Origin: Hyphomicrobiaceae bacterium
GTDB lineage: Bacteria > Pseudomonadota > Alphaproteobacteria > Rhizobiales > Hyphomicrobiaceae
Direction of reading: 5' to 3'
NCBI GenBank assembly: GCA_051985875.1
Contig: JBPYEF010000077.1
Coordinates: 1-26,419, forward strand
Length of the DNA: 26,419 bases
This document shows, piece by piece, positions 17,205-26,213 of this stretch. Under the pieces are notes generated by a model. It ran no database searches, had not been told where the DNA came from, and saw only the letters and a list, made by a program, of their open reading frames with translations. Within the stretch, counting starts at the first letter, position 1. Each line of letters opens with the position of its first letter. The position numbers and the translations under genes are program-made.

Positions 17205-17989
17205 GCGTTTCTCGAGCGCTCAGGGCTGCCCTCGAAGCCGGCCAGATCTACCTCGGGCTGCTGGTCTTGCTCGGGCTTTGGGAGCTGGCGTGCCGGCAGC
17301 TGGCCATCCCGCCATGGCTGCTGCCACCGCCGAGCCAGATCGCCGCTGAGACCTGGGAGCTGCGCGGCATACTTCCGGTCCATCTGCTGGCGACCGTCAA
17401 GGAAATCCTTGGTGGCTTTCTGCTCGCCACGCTCGCCGGCGTGCCGCTTGCCGTCGCCGTCGTCTATTCACCGCTGCTGCGCAGGGTGATCTATCCGGTG
17501 CTGCTGATGTTGCAGTCGGTGCCCAAGGTGGCGATCGCGCCGATCCTGCTCCTGTGGGTCGGCTACGGCCTCCTCTCCAACATGATCGTCGCGGCGACCG
17601 TTGCGTTCTTTCCGATCGTCGTCAACACCGCCACCGGCTTGGAATCGGTCGACGCCGAATTGCTCGAGCTGACGCGCTCCCTCGGCGCAAGCAAGCTGCG
17701 GGTGTTGCTGAGGGTGCGCCTGCCTTGGTCGCTACCGTTCCTGTTCAGCGGCCTGAAGGTAGCGATTACGCTTGCGGTGATCGGCGCGATCGTCGCGGAG
17801 TTCATCGGCGCGGACAAGGGCCTCGGCTACCTCATCGTGACGAGCTCGGGTGCCATGCGAACCGCCGTGATGTTCGGCGTACTGCTGCTGCTTTCCGTGC
17901 TTGGCACGCTCTGTTTTTATGCCGTCGTCATGCTGGAACGCGTTCTCTGTCCCTGGTACATGGCCAAGGCCGACCGTGCGGGCCTATGA
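17201..17989 (+). CDS. NitT/TauT family ABC transporter permease, 262 aa
   Basis: 'WLLPPPSQI', 'QSVPKVAIAPILLLWVG', 'FFPIVVNTATGLESVD' and 'GAIVAEFIGADKGLGYLI'. ATGA overlap with the ATPase. Confidence 0.95.
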   Translation: MSVSRALRAALEAGQIYLGLLVLLGLWELACRQLAIPPWLLPPPSQIAAETWELRGILPVHLLATVKEILGGFLLATLAGVPLAVAVVYSPLLRRVIYPVLLMLQSVPKVAIAPILLLWVGYGLLSNMIVAATVAFFPIVVNTATGLESVDAELLELTRSLGASKLRVLLRVRLPWSLPFLFSGLKVAITLAVIGAIVAEFIGADKGLGYLIVTSSGAMRTAVMFGVLLLLSVLGTLCFYAVVMLERVLCPWYMAKADRAGL

Positions 17990-18123
17990 GCCGAAGGCCG
18001 GCGCGCCGTCGCACGGATCGTCGCCGGCGATCGGCCGCCTCGACCCTGCCGCGCGCGGGAGCACCACCCCATCGCTCCGCAGGCGTCACCCCTCTGGCAT
18101 GCGGCCACCCACCATGCGCGCCG

Positions 18124-19020
18124 TCATTTCTCGGCCTTGGTTCCCGCCTCCGCCCAGCGCCGGTACATGGCGAGCAGAGCGACGATGTCGTGTCCCCGGA
18201 AGCCCTCGGCCAAGGCCATGGCGTAAAGCTCGCGCACGACCGATGCCGCCGGTGTCGGCAGCCCCCGCGTCCGTCCGAGGGCGATGCCCAGCGCCAGATC
18301 CTTCTCGCCGAGCTCCATCTTGAACCCAGGGCTGAAATCGCCGTTGAGCGCGCTGGGAAAGCGCTTGGTGAAATGATGCGAGCGGCCGCCGCTGACAGAC
18401 AGCACGTCGTAGAGCGTTTGCGGTTCGACGCCCGCGGCCACGCCAAGCGCGAAGGCCTCCGCCGCGACCAGGACATTGCCCATGGACATCATGTTGTTGA
18501 CGATCTTCACGACCTTGGCCGTGCCGACATCGCCGGTGTGCTGAGATGCGCTGCCGAGCAGACCGAGCACCGGCATGGCGCGGGCGATATGCGCGGGGTC
18601 GCCACCGGTAATCAGCACGAGCTTGCCGGCGCGCGCCTCCTTAGGGCTACCGCTCACCGGGCAGTCGACCACCGCCAGGCCCTGCAACGCCGCTGCCGCC
18701 GCCGCCGCGCGCATGGTCTGCGGGTCGATGGTGCTGAGCTCGATCACCAGGCTCCCGCGCTGCGCGCTGGCGACGATCCCATCGGCGCCGAGCCACACCT
18801 CCTGCACGGCCTTGGAATCGGGCAGACTGGTCAGCAGCACGCTTCGTCCGCTTACCGCCTCAGCGATGCTGCCCGCCATGCGAAATCCTTCGGCGGCAAG
18901 GCGGGATTTCTGTTCGGGGCTGATGTCGAAACCGGCGATATCGTAGCCCGCTGCGCGCAGGCGGCCCGCCATGCCCGCGCCCATTTGCCCCATGCCGATG
19001 ACGGCAATTTGCTCCTTCAT
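18124..19020 (-). CDS. NAD(P)-dependent beta-hydroxyacid dehydrogenase (3-hydroxyisobutyrate/tartronate semialdehyde reductase family), 298 aa
   Basis: 'IAVIGMGQMGAGMA', 'IELSTIDP', 'VDCPVSGSP' and catalytic Lys in 'AKVVKIVNN'. C-terminal 'GFKMELGEKDL'. Confidence 0.93.
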   Translation of the reverse strand: MKEQIAVIGMGQMGAGMAGRLRAAGYDIAGFDISPEQKSRLAAEGFRMAGSIAEAVSGRSVLLTSLPDSKAVQEVWLGADGIVASAQRGSLVIELSTIDPQTMRAAAAAAALQGLAVVDCPVSGSPKEARAGKLVLITGGDPAHIARAMPVLGLLGSASQHTGDVGTAKVVKIVNNMMSMGNVLVAAEAFALGVAAGVEPQTLYDVLSVSGGRSHHFTKRFPSALNGDFSPGFKMELGEKDLALGIALGRTRGLPTPAASVVRELYAMALAEGFRGHDIVALLAMYRRWAEAGTKAEK

Positions 19021-19201
19021 GCCTCGATCCTTTCAAGCTACGTGCCGCCAGGTCGCGCCAGCGCGCCGCCAGGGCGGCCCGGTGAGAGTATAAGGTGGCA
19101 TCACGGCGATGCGGCCGGTGGCGTGCATCCTGCTCCTGCTCGTGGCCGACACCGAAGCAGCCTTGGCAAAAGCGCCGCGATGACCGCCACCCGCGATCGC
19201 G

Positions 19202-19765
19202 TCACAGGTTCTGCCGCTTGAACATTTTGCGGTACTTGCCGACCGTCGGGCCTGAGACCATGAACAGGCCGTCGCCTCGGTAGTGGAGGGTCTTTGGCCA
19301 TCGCGGCGACATTGCCGCGTGTGCCGCCACGACCTCAAGCACGAACAGGCTGTATCGGTCTATCAGGCTCGCGTCGGCCAGCCGACACTCGAAATTGGCG
19401 TGGCACTCGGCGATCAGCGGCGCCGCGACTTTGGCCGCGGGCGAGGCCGTCAGCCCGAAGGCGGCAAATTTGTCGACGCTGCGACCCGAGCAGTTGCCGA
19501 TGCCGACCGCCGCCCTTGCAAGCGTCAGCGTCGGCACGTTGATCACGCACTCCCGACTTTGGCGTACCATGGCAAAGCTGTGATTGGCGTCCCAGATGTA
19601 GCAACCGATGAGCGAGGGGTCTTCGCCCATAACCATGTGCCATCCCATGGTCATGACGTTGTTGCGCCCCTTCCAGCGGCAGGACACCAGAACGATGGGG
19701 CCAGGTTCCAGGTAGCGCCGTACCTGGTCCAAGGGGATGGGGGTCTTGGCATGTGCCTTGGCCAT
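19202..19765 (-). CDS. Flavin reductase-like domain protein, 187 aa
   Basis: 'PGPIVLVS', 'NVMTMGWH', 'ECVINVPT', 'VGIGNCSGRSVDKF..FGLT', 'PLIAECHANFECRL' and 'KTLHYRGDG'. Start moved to the ATG at 19765. Confidence 0.88.
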   Translation of the reverse strand: MAKAHAKTPIPLDQVRRYLEPGPIVLVSCRWKGRNNVMTMGWHMVMGEDPSLIGCYIWDANHSFAMVRQSRECVINVPTLTLARAAVGIGNCSGRSVDKFAAFGLTASPAAKVAAPLIAECHANFECRLADASLIDRYSLFVLEVVAAHAAMSPRWPKTLHYRGDGLFMVSGPTVGKYRKMFKRQNL

Positions 19766-19900
19766 GCCGCAGCTTACCCCGGGTTTTACCGGCCTGACAG
19801 CAGGCGCACGCGGCTTGCGGGGGGCGACAACAACCGCACGTGCGCACAAAGGGCGTAGCGTGCAGCGTCGCCGGTTCCGGGCATCGCCGTTGGCTTTCGA

Positions 19901-21160
19901 TCAATGTCCGGCGATGGAGACGAAGTGTGGGCCGATGTCGACGTGGATATGATCCATATCGGCATAGGTCATGGTGCCGCCGTCGTGATGGTTGGCGATC
20001 AGCCACGCAACGATTTCCGCCTTGCGGCTTCCGGCGTTGAAGTCGACGGCGTTGCCGCTGGCATGGCGCGAGACCCTCCCGGTGCCGGCAATCGTAGCCC
20101 CGGGTCGGCAGGTCGATATCACCTGCACGGGGCCAAACTGTTCCTCGATGCGCGCAAGTAGCGCGCGCGCCGCCGGCGTCAGGCAGTCGCGCGGTGCATC
20201 GGGAGAATCGGCGACCATTCCGGGGCGAGACCGGTCCGCGGGAAGCAGATCGGCACGGGACGCATCGTGCTGGGAGACGGGAATCACCGGCAGCGGCGCC
20301 TCGTTGGCCAAATAGATGCGATTGACCCAGCCGGTCGTCGCCTCGTGCCGCACGGGACACCACATGGATTGGCACGCACCCGTGATCGTAATGCCGTGAC
20401 TACCCGGCTGCAGCGCGCCGACGACGTCGAAATCGGTCGACGGCCCCCGACGTACGTTGAGGACATCGTCCGGCTCGATGTTGGCGACCATGAAGGCCGG
20501 CGTTAGCGCATTTCTCGGGTCGGGGCCAGCAGGCACGCCCGCGGCGGGATCAGGATCTAGCGCCGCCGCGCGGGCATCGGCGATCCACATCGCTTCCGGC
20601 TCCCGCACCGTCCCTTCGCCGCCGACCGGCACGGGGACGGGCACCGGCGCGGCCAGGGCCGCAGGCGTCGGCGGGGGCGGGGCCGCAGCGGGGGCAGGCG
20701 GCGGCGCGGGCGCGGTCAGCCGCATCTTGCCTTCCTCTTCATGGAGCGGGATTGGGGCGGCGGCCGTAATCGGTGCCGGAACCACGATCATGGCGGTGCC
20801 GGTATTGCCGTCACGGTTGTGCCAATAGATCGTCCGACCCTCCTTGCGCAAACGCAGGCACTGTGGCTCGGAATTGAACCAGTGCTTCCACCGGTGACAG
20901 AGCTCGTCGGCACTGATCCACCACCGCCCGGTATCGAATGCCGCGCCGAGGTAGGGGGCAAGGTCGCGCGCCTCGCCCAAGAGCTCGCCATCCCGCGTGT
21001 AGCGGACGGGCAGCTTGGTGCCGAGCGGCGCGTCGATGGCAACCGTGGTCCCGGCGACGAGAGCCCTGATCTCACTGCCGGAAAGCCTGACCGGCTCACC
21101 CGCGGCGGTGGTCGCGGCGCACACGCAGACCGCGCCGATGGCCGCCTTCAGCATTGGCAT
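19901..21160 (-). CDS. Secreted multidomain protein: N-terminal beta domain (DUF995-like), Pro/Ala linker, bacterial SH3 (SH3b) and C-terminal peptidase M15-type Zn domain, 419 aa
   Basis: Signal peptide. N-domain 'GRWWISADELCHRW..W....QCLRL'. Linker PAPPPAPAAAPPPP. SH3b 'DDVLNVRRGPST...WCPV....TGWVNRIYL'. LAS motifs H-x6-D (RHASGNAVD) and HxH (DHIHVD). Confidence 0.8.
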   Translation of the reverse strand: MPMLKAAIGAVCVCAATTAAGEPVRLSGSEIRALVAGTTVAIDAPLGTKLPVRYTRDGELLGEARDLAPYLGAAFDTGRWWISADELCHRWKHWFNSEPQCLRLRKEGRTIYWHNRDGNTGTAMIVVPAPITAAAPIPLHEEEGKMRLTAPAPPPAPAAAPPPPTPAALAAPVPVPVPVGGEGTVREPEAMWIADARAAALDPDPAAGVPAGPDPRNALTPAFMVANIEPDDVLNVRRGPSTDFDVVGALQPGSHGITITGACQSMWCPVRHEATTGWVNRIYLANEAPLPVIPVSQHDASRADLLPADRSRPGMVADSPDAPRDCLTPAARALLARIEEQFGPVQVISTCRPGATIAGTGRVSRHASGNAVDFNAGSRKAEIVAWLIANHHDGGTMTYADMDHIHVDIGPHFVSIAGH

Positions 21161-21465
21161 CCCCCGAATCTTCCAATCCCTTCAGCCGCCTAGCCCCGGC
21201 GGAAGCCGCCACTGTCGAGAAGGAGTGTGGCAGCAACTCGGAGAAATCGAACAGGAAATGCGGTGATAAAGCGGCAATTCTGCGAGCGCCCCGGCACTGC
21301 CACCGACGACGCCGGGTCGCCCTGCAAGAAAAATCGCGCCGTCGTGTGATCATCCCCAACGCGGGCACGCCCCTGCAATTCTCATCTGGCAAGGCCGAGC
21401 AATGGCCGCCGCGGGAACGCGTCCGCCGGCAGACGGTCAGCACCTCGGACACGGCGCCATTCCGG

Positions 21466-22281
21466 TCATGGCGCCACCGGTGGCGCCACCGCACGCGCCT
21501 TGAAGAAGGTGTAGCAGAACACCCCGTCTGCTCCCGACGTGCGGTTGAGATCGGCGAGGCCCTTGTCGAACGCGCGCGCCGAAATCAGGCCGGCATCGAG
21601 CGCGGGCTGGCGAATGCCCGCGATCATGGCGATGAAGGTCCTGCGGGTGAAGCCCTCGACCAGTTCGGGCCTGCGCGCGTCGACGTAGACCATGCGCGGC
21701 GAGACCTGGACCGTCGCAAATCCCGCGTTGTTCAGCAGCGGGTACAATCGCCGCCCCAGCAGTGCATCGCCGCCGGCCCTGGCTTGCAGCGCCACCTGAC
21801 AACCAATGGCCCGTCGCGCGTGCGCGCTATCGGGGTGGAAGAACGCCGAGCCGTGGTCGCCTTCGATCACGGTGATTGTTCCCCCGGGCCGCAAGACGTG
21901 CCGCAACGCCGCGAGCGCTGCATCGGGTCTGGCGAGATGCTCAAGAACAAAGCACACGAACGCGTGATCGAAGGACTGCGGGGCAAACGGCAGAGCGAAG
22001 ATGCTCGCCCGCTGCAGGGTGACGTTCGCCAGGCCGGCAGCGATGACCGCGGCTTGCGCCTTGGCGAGCGAAGCGTCCGACACGTCTACCGCGGTGATGC
22101 GCGCATCGGGGCTGCGCGCGGCGAGCGTGACGGTTTGCGCCCCGACGCCACATCCTGCCTCCAGGACACGGCTGCCGGCTGGATAGAACGTATCGGCGTG
22201 AAGAAGATCGACGAGAGTGGCGGCCTGATCCAGCAGGCGCTGCATTTCTTGTGGATCGTATCCGTGAACGTAGTCGGTCAT
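21466..22281 (-). CDS. Class I SAM-dependent methyltransferase, 271 aa
   Basis: Motif I 'VLEAGCGVG', 'ITAVDVS', 'SFDHAFVCFVLEHL' and 'VLRPGGTITVIE'. Start moved to the ATG at 22281. Confidence 0.92.
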   Translation of the reverse strand: MTDYVHGYDPQEMQRLLDQAATLVDLLHADTFYPAGSRVLEAGCGVGAQTVTLAARSPDARITAVDVSDASLAKAQAAVIAAGLANVTLQRASIFALPFAPQSFDHAFVCFVLEHLARPDAALAALRHVLRPGGTITVIEGDHGSAFFHPDSAHARRAIGCQVALQARAGGDALLGRRLYPLLNNAGFATVQVSPRMVYVDARRPELVEGFTRRTFIAMIAGIRQPALDAGLISARAFDKGLADLNRTSGADGVFCYTFFKARAVAPPVAP

Positions 22282-22668
22282 CGTCGCAGCCCACGCAGCG
22301 AGCGCGCTGGGAATGGCGGCCATGCCCTGAGGGACGGGTTACGCCCTCGCCCCGCGCGGCTAACGCCCATGATCCCCGCGTCGCTGCCGCACCGCCCGAA
22401 GCAGGCGGCGACGCTTTGGCCGGCGGTTAGAGCCTCGCTGCGGCAGCGGCGCTTGATCCGCATCGACGCACCATGTGGAGAGCGGAAACTGCCGCCGGCG
22501 CCCGCGCATAGGATATTGCCAACCCCCGAACCCAACGCGAGGCCGCGCGACGCGATCGCAGGCAACCATGGGTTCGGCGATCTCCGCGACGGTCCGAGCA
22601 CCCGCAATTCCCGGCCGCGTGACGACGGCGCACTGCAGCCGCCTCGCGATCCCTGCTCCGCTCAACGC

Positions 22669-23835
22669 CTAGACCGGCATCGCCAGCTCCGCCAGCCGCG
22701 CCCAATACGAGACACCATGCGGGATCGCCGCATCGTTGAAGTCGTATGCGGGGTGATGGCAAGCCGCGCTATTGCCGTTGCCGACGAAGATCATATTCCC
22801 CGGTCTGGCCAGCAGCATGAACGCAAAATCCTCGCCGGCCATGATCGGGGGCACCTCGCTGATCACCTTTCCCGATCCGGCAACCTCGGACGCGACCTTG
22901 ACCGCAAAATCCGTTTCGCGCGGATGATTGACGGTAATGGGATAGCTGCGCGTGTAGTCGACGCGCGCCGTGGCGCCGTAGGCCGCGGCAACCCCTTGCG
23001 CGACCTCGCACACGCGGCGCTCGAGCAGGTCGCGAACCTGCGGTGTGAGTGAGCGAACCGTGCCGAGGAGTTCCGCCGTCTGCGGAATGACGTTGGCCAC
23101 CGTGCCACCGCGGAAGGCACCGACGGTGACGACGCCGGCCTGCAACGGGTCGAGGTTGCGCGCGACGATCGACTGCAGCGCCAGGAGCACGTTGGCGGCG
23201 GCAACCAGGGTGTCGATGCTCTTGTGCGGCTCGGCCGCATGCCCGCCCTTGCCCTCGACCGTGATCGAGAAACCGTCGGCGGCCGCCAGCTGCGCGCCTT
23301 TGCGGGTCGCAAAGCAGCCGACCGGCAGGCCCGGGGCGTTGTGCATTCCGTAGATCTCCTGGATGCTCCAGCGCGTCATGAGGCCGTCCTCGACCATCGC
23401 CTTGCCGCCCGCCCCGCCTTCCTCCGCCGGCTGAAACACGACGACCGCGGTGCCGTCGAAATTGCGCGTCTCGGCGAGATACTTGGCAGCGCCCAGCAGC
23501 ATCGCCGTATGCCCGTCATGGCCGCAGGCGTGCATCTTGCCTTTGCTTTTCGAGGCGTAGGGGAGCCCGGTGGTCTCCTCTATCGGCAGGGCATCCATGT
23601 CGGCGCGCAGCCCGATCACCCGGCCCGACTGGCGGCTTCTGCCGTGAATTACCCCGACGACACTGGTCTTGCCGATGCCGGACACGACCTCATCGCAGCC
23701 GAAGGCCTTGAGCCTCTCGGCGACGATGCCGGCCGTGCGCTGTACGTCGTATTGCAACTCGGGGTTCTCGTGCAGATCCCGCCGCCACAGAGCGATCTCG
23801 TCGGCCAAGTCGGCGACGCGGTTGATTATGGGCAT
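22669..23835 (-). CDS. M20D family amidohydrolase (hippurate hydrolase/aminoacylase-like), 388 aa
   Basis: 'RRDLHENPEL', 'LRADMDALP', 'MHACGHDGHTAM', 'FQPAEEG', 'MAGEDF' and 'HHPAYDFND'. Strong AAGGAGG RBS before the ATG at 23835. Confidence 0.95.
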   Translation of the reverse strand: MPIINRVADLADEIALWRRDLHENPELQYDVQRTAGIVAERLKAFGCDEVVSGIGKTSVVGVIHGRSRQSGRVIGLRADMDALPIEETTGLPYASKSKGKMHACGHDGHTAMLLGAAKYLAETRNFDGTAVVVFQPAEEGGAGGKAMVEDGLMTRWSIQEIYGMHNAPGLPVGCFATRKGAQLAAADGFSITVEGKGGHAAEPHKSIDTLVAAANVLLALQSIVARNLDPLQAGVVTVGAFRGGTVANVIPQTAELLGTVRSLTPQVRDLLERRVCEVAQGVAAAYGATARVDYTRSYPITVNHPRETDFAVKVASEVAGSGKVISEVPPIMAGEDFAFMLLARPGNMIFVGNGNSAACHHPAYDFNDAAIPHGVSYWARLAELAMPV

Positions 23836-24294
23836 GCCCTCCTCCTTCGGCGAAATGCCGGCGACATTCGGCCAGATGGTCCTTGCCGTCAATGCGAAGC
23901 GCCCCCTACCGCGCGCGCGTTGGTCCGCAAGATGCTCCCGGCGCCATCCCGTCCGAGGAGCATCGCCCACGCACGCCCGTCGCCCTCACGGCGCTCCGAC
24001 GCCGGCAGTTGGAAATTTTACCGACCCGTCGCCCGCATCCGCTCGTGAGCGGACGACCGCGCCAACCGCACCTCCTGCGGGTGATCAGCGCGCGTGGGCG
24101 GAAAGGATAGCAGCGACACGGCCTCGATTCTGCGGGGGGCTTGCGTCGGCGCCGTCCAGTTGCTGCGGCGCCGGGCCTTGCACGAGGACCTCGTGACGGC
24201 GCCTGGGCGAGGCTGCGTGCAGGGCAGCGCAAGGCACGCGCCGCCATCCCGAGCCAGACATGCGCCTGGGCCTTACACGTACGGTCGGCTCGAC

Positions 24295-25482
24295 CTATTC
24301 CGCCGCCTGCAACCTTTGCGCGACGGGTTGCAGACCGAGCGCGCTGCGCAGGGACTGGTGATAGTGAATCATGGCCGGCTCGTTGCGCCCGTAAACCACG
24401 CGCGTCTGAGCCCCCGAAGCGATGCCGATCTGGATGGTGCGACCGGTCGGGAAATCCTCCCCCGTCACCACGTCGAGCACCAGCTGCATGTTCTTGTCCC
24501 AGTGGGTACGCTCTTCATCGGTGGTCGGCGCCTTCGGGACATAGAGCGCGAGCTCCATCAGCGCGCGATCGACGCGACCCTCACTCGGAAAAATGCGCAC
24601 CAGCTCGACGTGATCGCCCTGCAGCACCAGCAGGGTGTTGGGGAAGAGCGCATAAATCAGCGTCGTATTCCACATCAGATCCCAGCTCTGCTCCGGTTGC
24701 GATTGCAGACGTTCGAGCTTTTTGCGCGGCATGACCAGGCGATGGTTCAAGCCGAAAGCCTCGAAGTCCGTGACATTGCCGTGCAACACCTCCTTGAGAG
24801 AATCCCTGTGCAGGAAGGCGATGTGGTAACCCTCGTTGAAGGTATCGACGAGGATCTTCCAGTTCATGGTCTCCGGCACCACACGCTTGTCGTAGAACGA
24901 CCAGGATCCGAAGCCGTATGATCCAAGCTCCGGGCCGAGCCCTGCCAGGTAAGGATCGATGTCAAAGTCTTCGGCGCCGGCGCGCGCAGGCGTCGGCATC
25001 ACCCAGACCAGTCCGTGCCTTTCGCAAAGCGGCAGCGGCGTTAGCGATGATCGCTCCTCGCGCACGCCTGCAAAGCAGCGCTCGTCGGGGATGCCCCGCA
25101 CGCGCCCCGCAAGATCATAGGTCCAGGCATGATAGGGACAGACGAACAGGCGGGCGTTGCCACAGCCTGCTGCGACCTTTGCGCCACGGTGGCGGCAGAC
25201 GTTGAGGAACGCGCGCAACTTGCCGTCGGAACCCCGGGCAATGAGGATCGGTACCCCGGCATGATCGTCCGCGCGAAATGCGCCGGGTGCCGCCCAGTCC
25301 GATGCAAAGCCCATCAGCAGCGGACGGCCACGGAACAGCAGCTCCTGCTCGCGTGCCAGATGCTCCGGCGAGCTGTAGACGGAAACGTCATTGTACCATG
25401 GCGCATCGGCCATCGCCGTCGTCTTGCTGTCGACGTAATGCAGCAGCCTCTTCAAGAGGCCGATCTGACCCTGGCGGTCCAT
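24295..25482 (-). CDS. Rieske non-heme iron oxygenase alpha subunit, 395 aa
   Basis: Rieske motif C-R-H...C-P-Y-H ('NVCRHRG', 'CPYHAW'). Mononuclear Fe ligands 'NEGYHIAFLH' and 'GED'. GGAGG RBS before the ATG at 25482. Confidence 0.93.
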   Translation of the reverse strand: MDRQGQIGLLKRLLHYVDSKTTAMADAPWYNDVSVYSSPEHLAREQELLFRGRPLLMGFASDWAAPGAFRADDHAGVPILIARGSDGKLRAFLNVCRHRGAKVAAGCGNARLFVCPYHAWTYDLAGRVRGIPDERCFAGVREERSSLTPLPLCERHGLVWVMPTPARAGAEDFDIDPYLAGLGPELGSYGFGSWSFYDKRVVPETMNWKILVDTFNEGYHIAFLHRDSLKEVLHGNVTDFEAFGLNHRLVMPRKKLERLQSQPEQSWDLMWNTTLIYALFPNTLLVLQGDHVELVRIFPSEGRVDRALMELALYVPKAPTTDEERTHWDKNMQLVLDVVTGEDFPTGRTIQIGIASGAQTRVVYGRNEPAMIHYHQSLRSALGLQPVAQRLQAAE

Positions 25483-25538
25483 GGCGTCCTCCAAAGGCGG
25501 AGCGCAACGGCTTGGCGCATGCGCCGCGCTTTGCTACT

Positions 25539-25575
25539 GTGATACGGTTCCGTATCGCATACGCTTGCGTATCAC
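25539..25575. promoter_or_regulatory. Two tandem palindromic operators (ATACG-N4-CGTAT), likely TetR binding sites
   Basis: GATACG-GTTC-CGTATC at 25541-25556 and CATACG-CTTG-CGTATC at 25558-25573. The outer arms GTGATACG (25539-25546) and CGTATCAC (25568-25575) are also perfectly inverted. The site lies between the divergent Rieske and TetR genes. Confidence 0.75.
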
Positions 25576-25622
25576 GCGCAGGCATGGCGCGCAACGGGTG
25601 ACTGCAGTTGTCGGGAGCAGGC

Positions 25623-26213
25623 ATGACGGACGATGCCGACCGGACGGCCAGGTGGGTGGCTGCGGGAATCGCTGCGCTCGCCGAGGGAGGCGTCGACAGA
25701 GTGCGTGTCGAGGTGGTTGCCGAGCGCTTGGGGGTGACCAAGGGCGGCTTCTACCGCCGCTTCCGCGACCGGCGTGCGCTGCTCGATGCCATCCTCGATG
25801 CCTGGAGCGAGGGACGGATCGCCGCCATCGACCGGCAGACTGCCCTGGGCGAGGCGAGTCCAGGCCAACGCCTGCGCGCGGTGGTCAGGCTTTTTTCCGA
25901 GCGCGTCAGCGCCCAAGGCATGGCGATCGAGCTCGCCATCCGCCAGTGGGCACGGAACGATAGAGCGGCCGCGGCAGCGGTGGCACGCGTCGATGACCGG
26001 CGCCTCAAGAACGTCGCCGAACTGTACCGAAAGATGGGGCTTACGCCGCAGGACGCGCAGGCTCGCGCGGTCCTCTTATACGCGTTTATCTTTGGTCAGA
26101 GCTTGCTGTTCCTCGAGCAGACGCCGCGCAAGAAGGCAGCGTTGATCGCGGCCTGCACCGGCGTCCTGGTGCAAGAGGGCGGCGGCAGCGACGCCGGTCG
26201 CCGGCGCGACTGA
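25623..26213 (+). CDS. TetR/AcrR family transcriptional regulator, 196 aa
   Basis: N-terminal HTH 'WVAAGIAALAEGGVDRVRVEVVAERLGVTKGGFYRRFRDRRALL'. C-terminal 'ELAIRQWAR...VARVDDRRL'. GGGAG RBS before the ATG at 25623. Confidence 0.93.
   Translation: MTDDADRTARWVAAGIAALAEGGVDRVRVEVVAERLGVTKGGFYRRFRDRRALLDAILDAWSEGRIAAIDRQTALGEASPGQRLRAVVRLFSERVSAQGMAIELAIRQWARNDRAAAAAVARVDDRRLKNVAELYRKMGLTPQDAQARAVLLYAFIFGQSLLFLEQTPRKKAALIAACTGVLVQEGGGSDAGRRRD

Noticed and set aside
19202-19765. Flavin reductase-like protein as the missing electron donor for the Rieske or Mo enzyme
   Set aside because: Wrong family: it has no Fe-S or FNR motifs, and it is not linked to either gene.
19901-25482. Single operon or pathway of Rieske, M20D, methyltransferase and M15 peptidase (all on the minus strand)
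   Set aside because: Gaps of about 300-460 bp between genes and unrelated functions. Shared orientation alone is not enough evidence.
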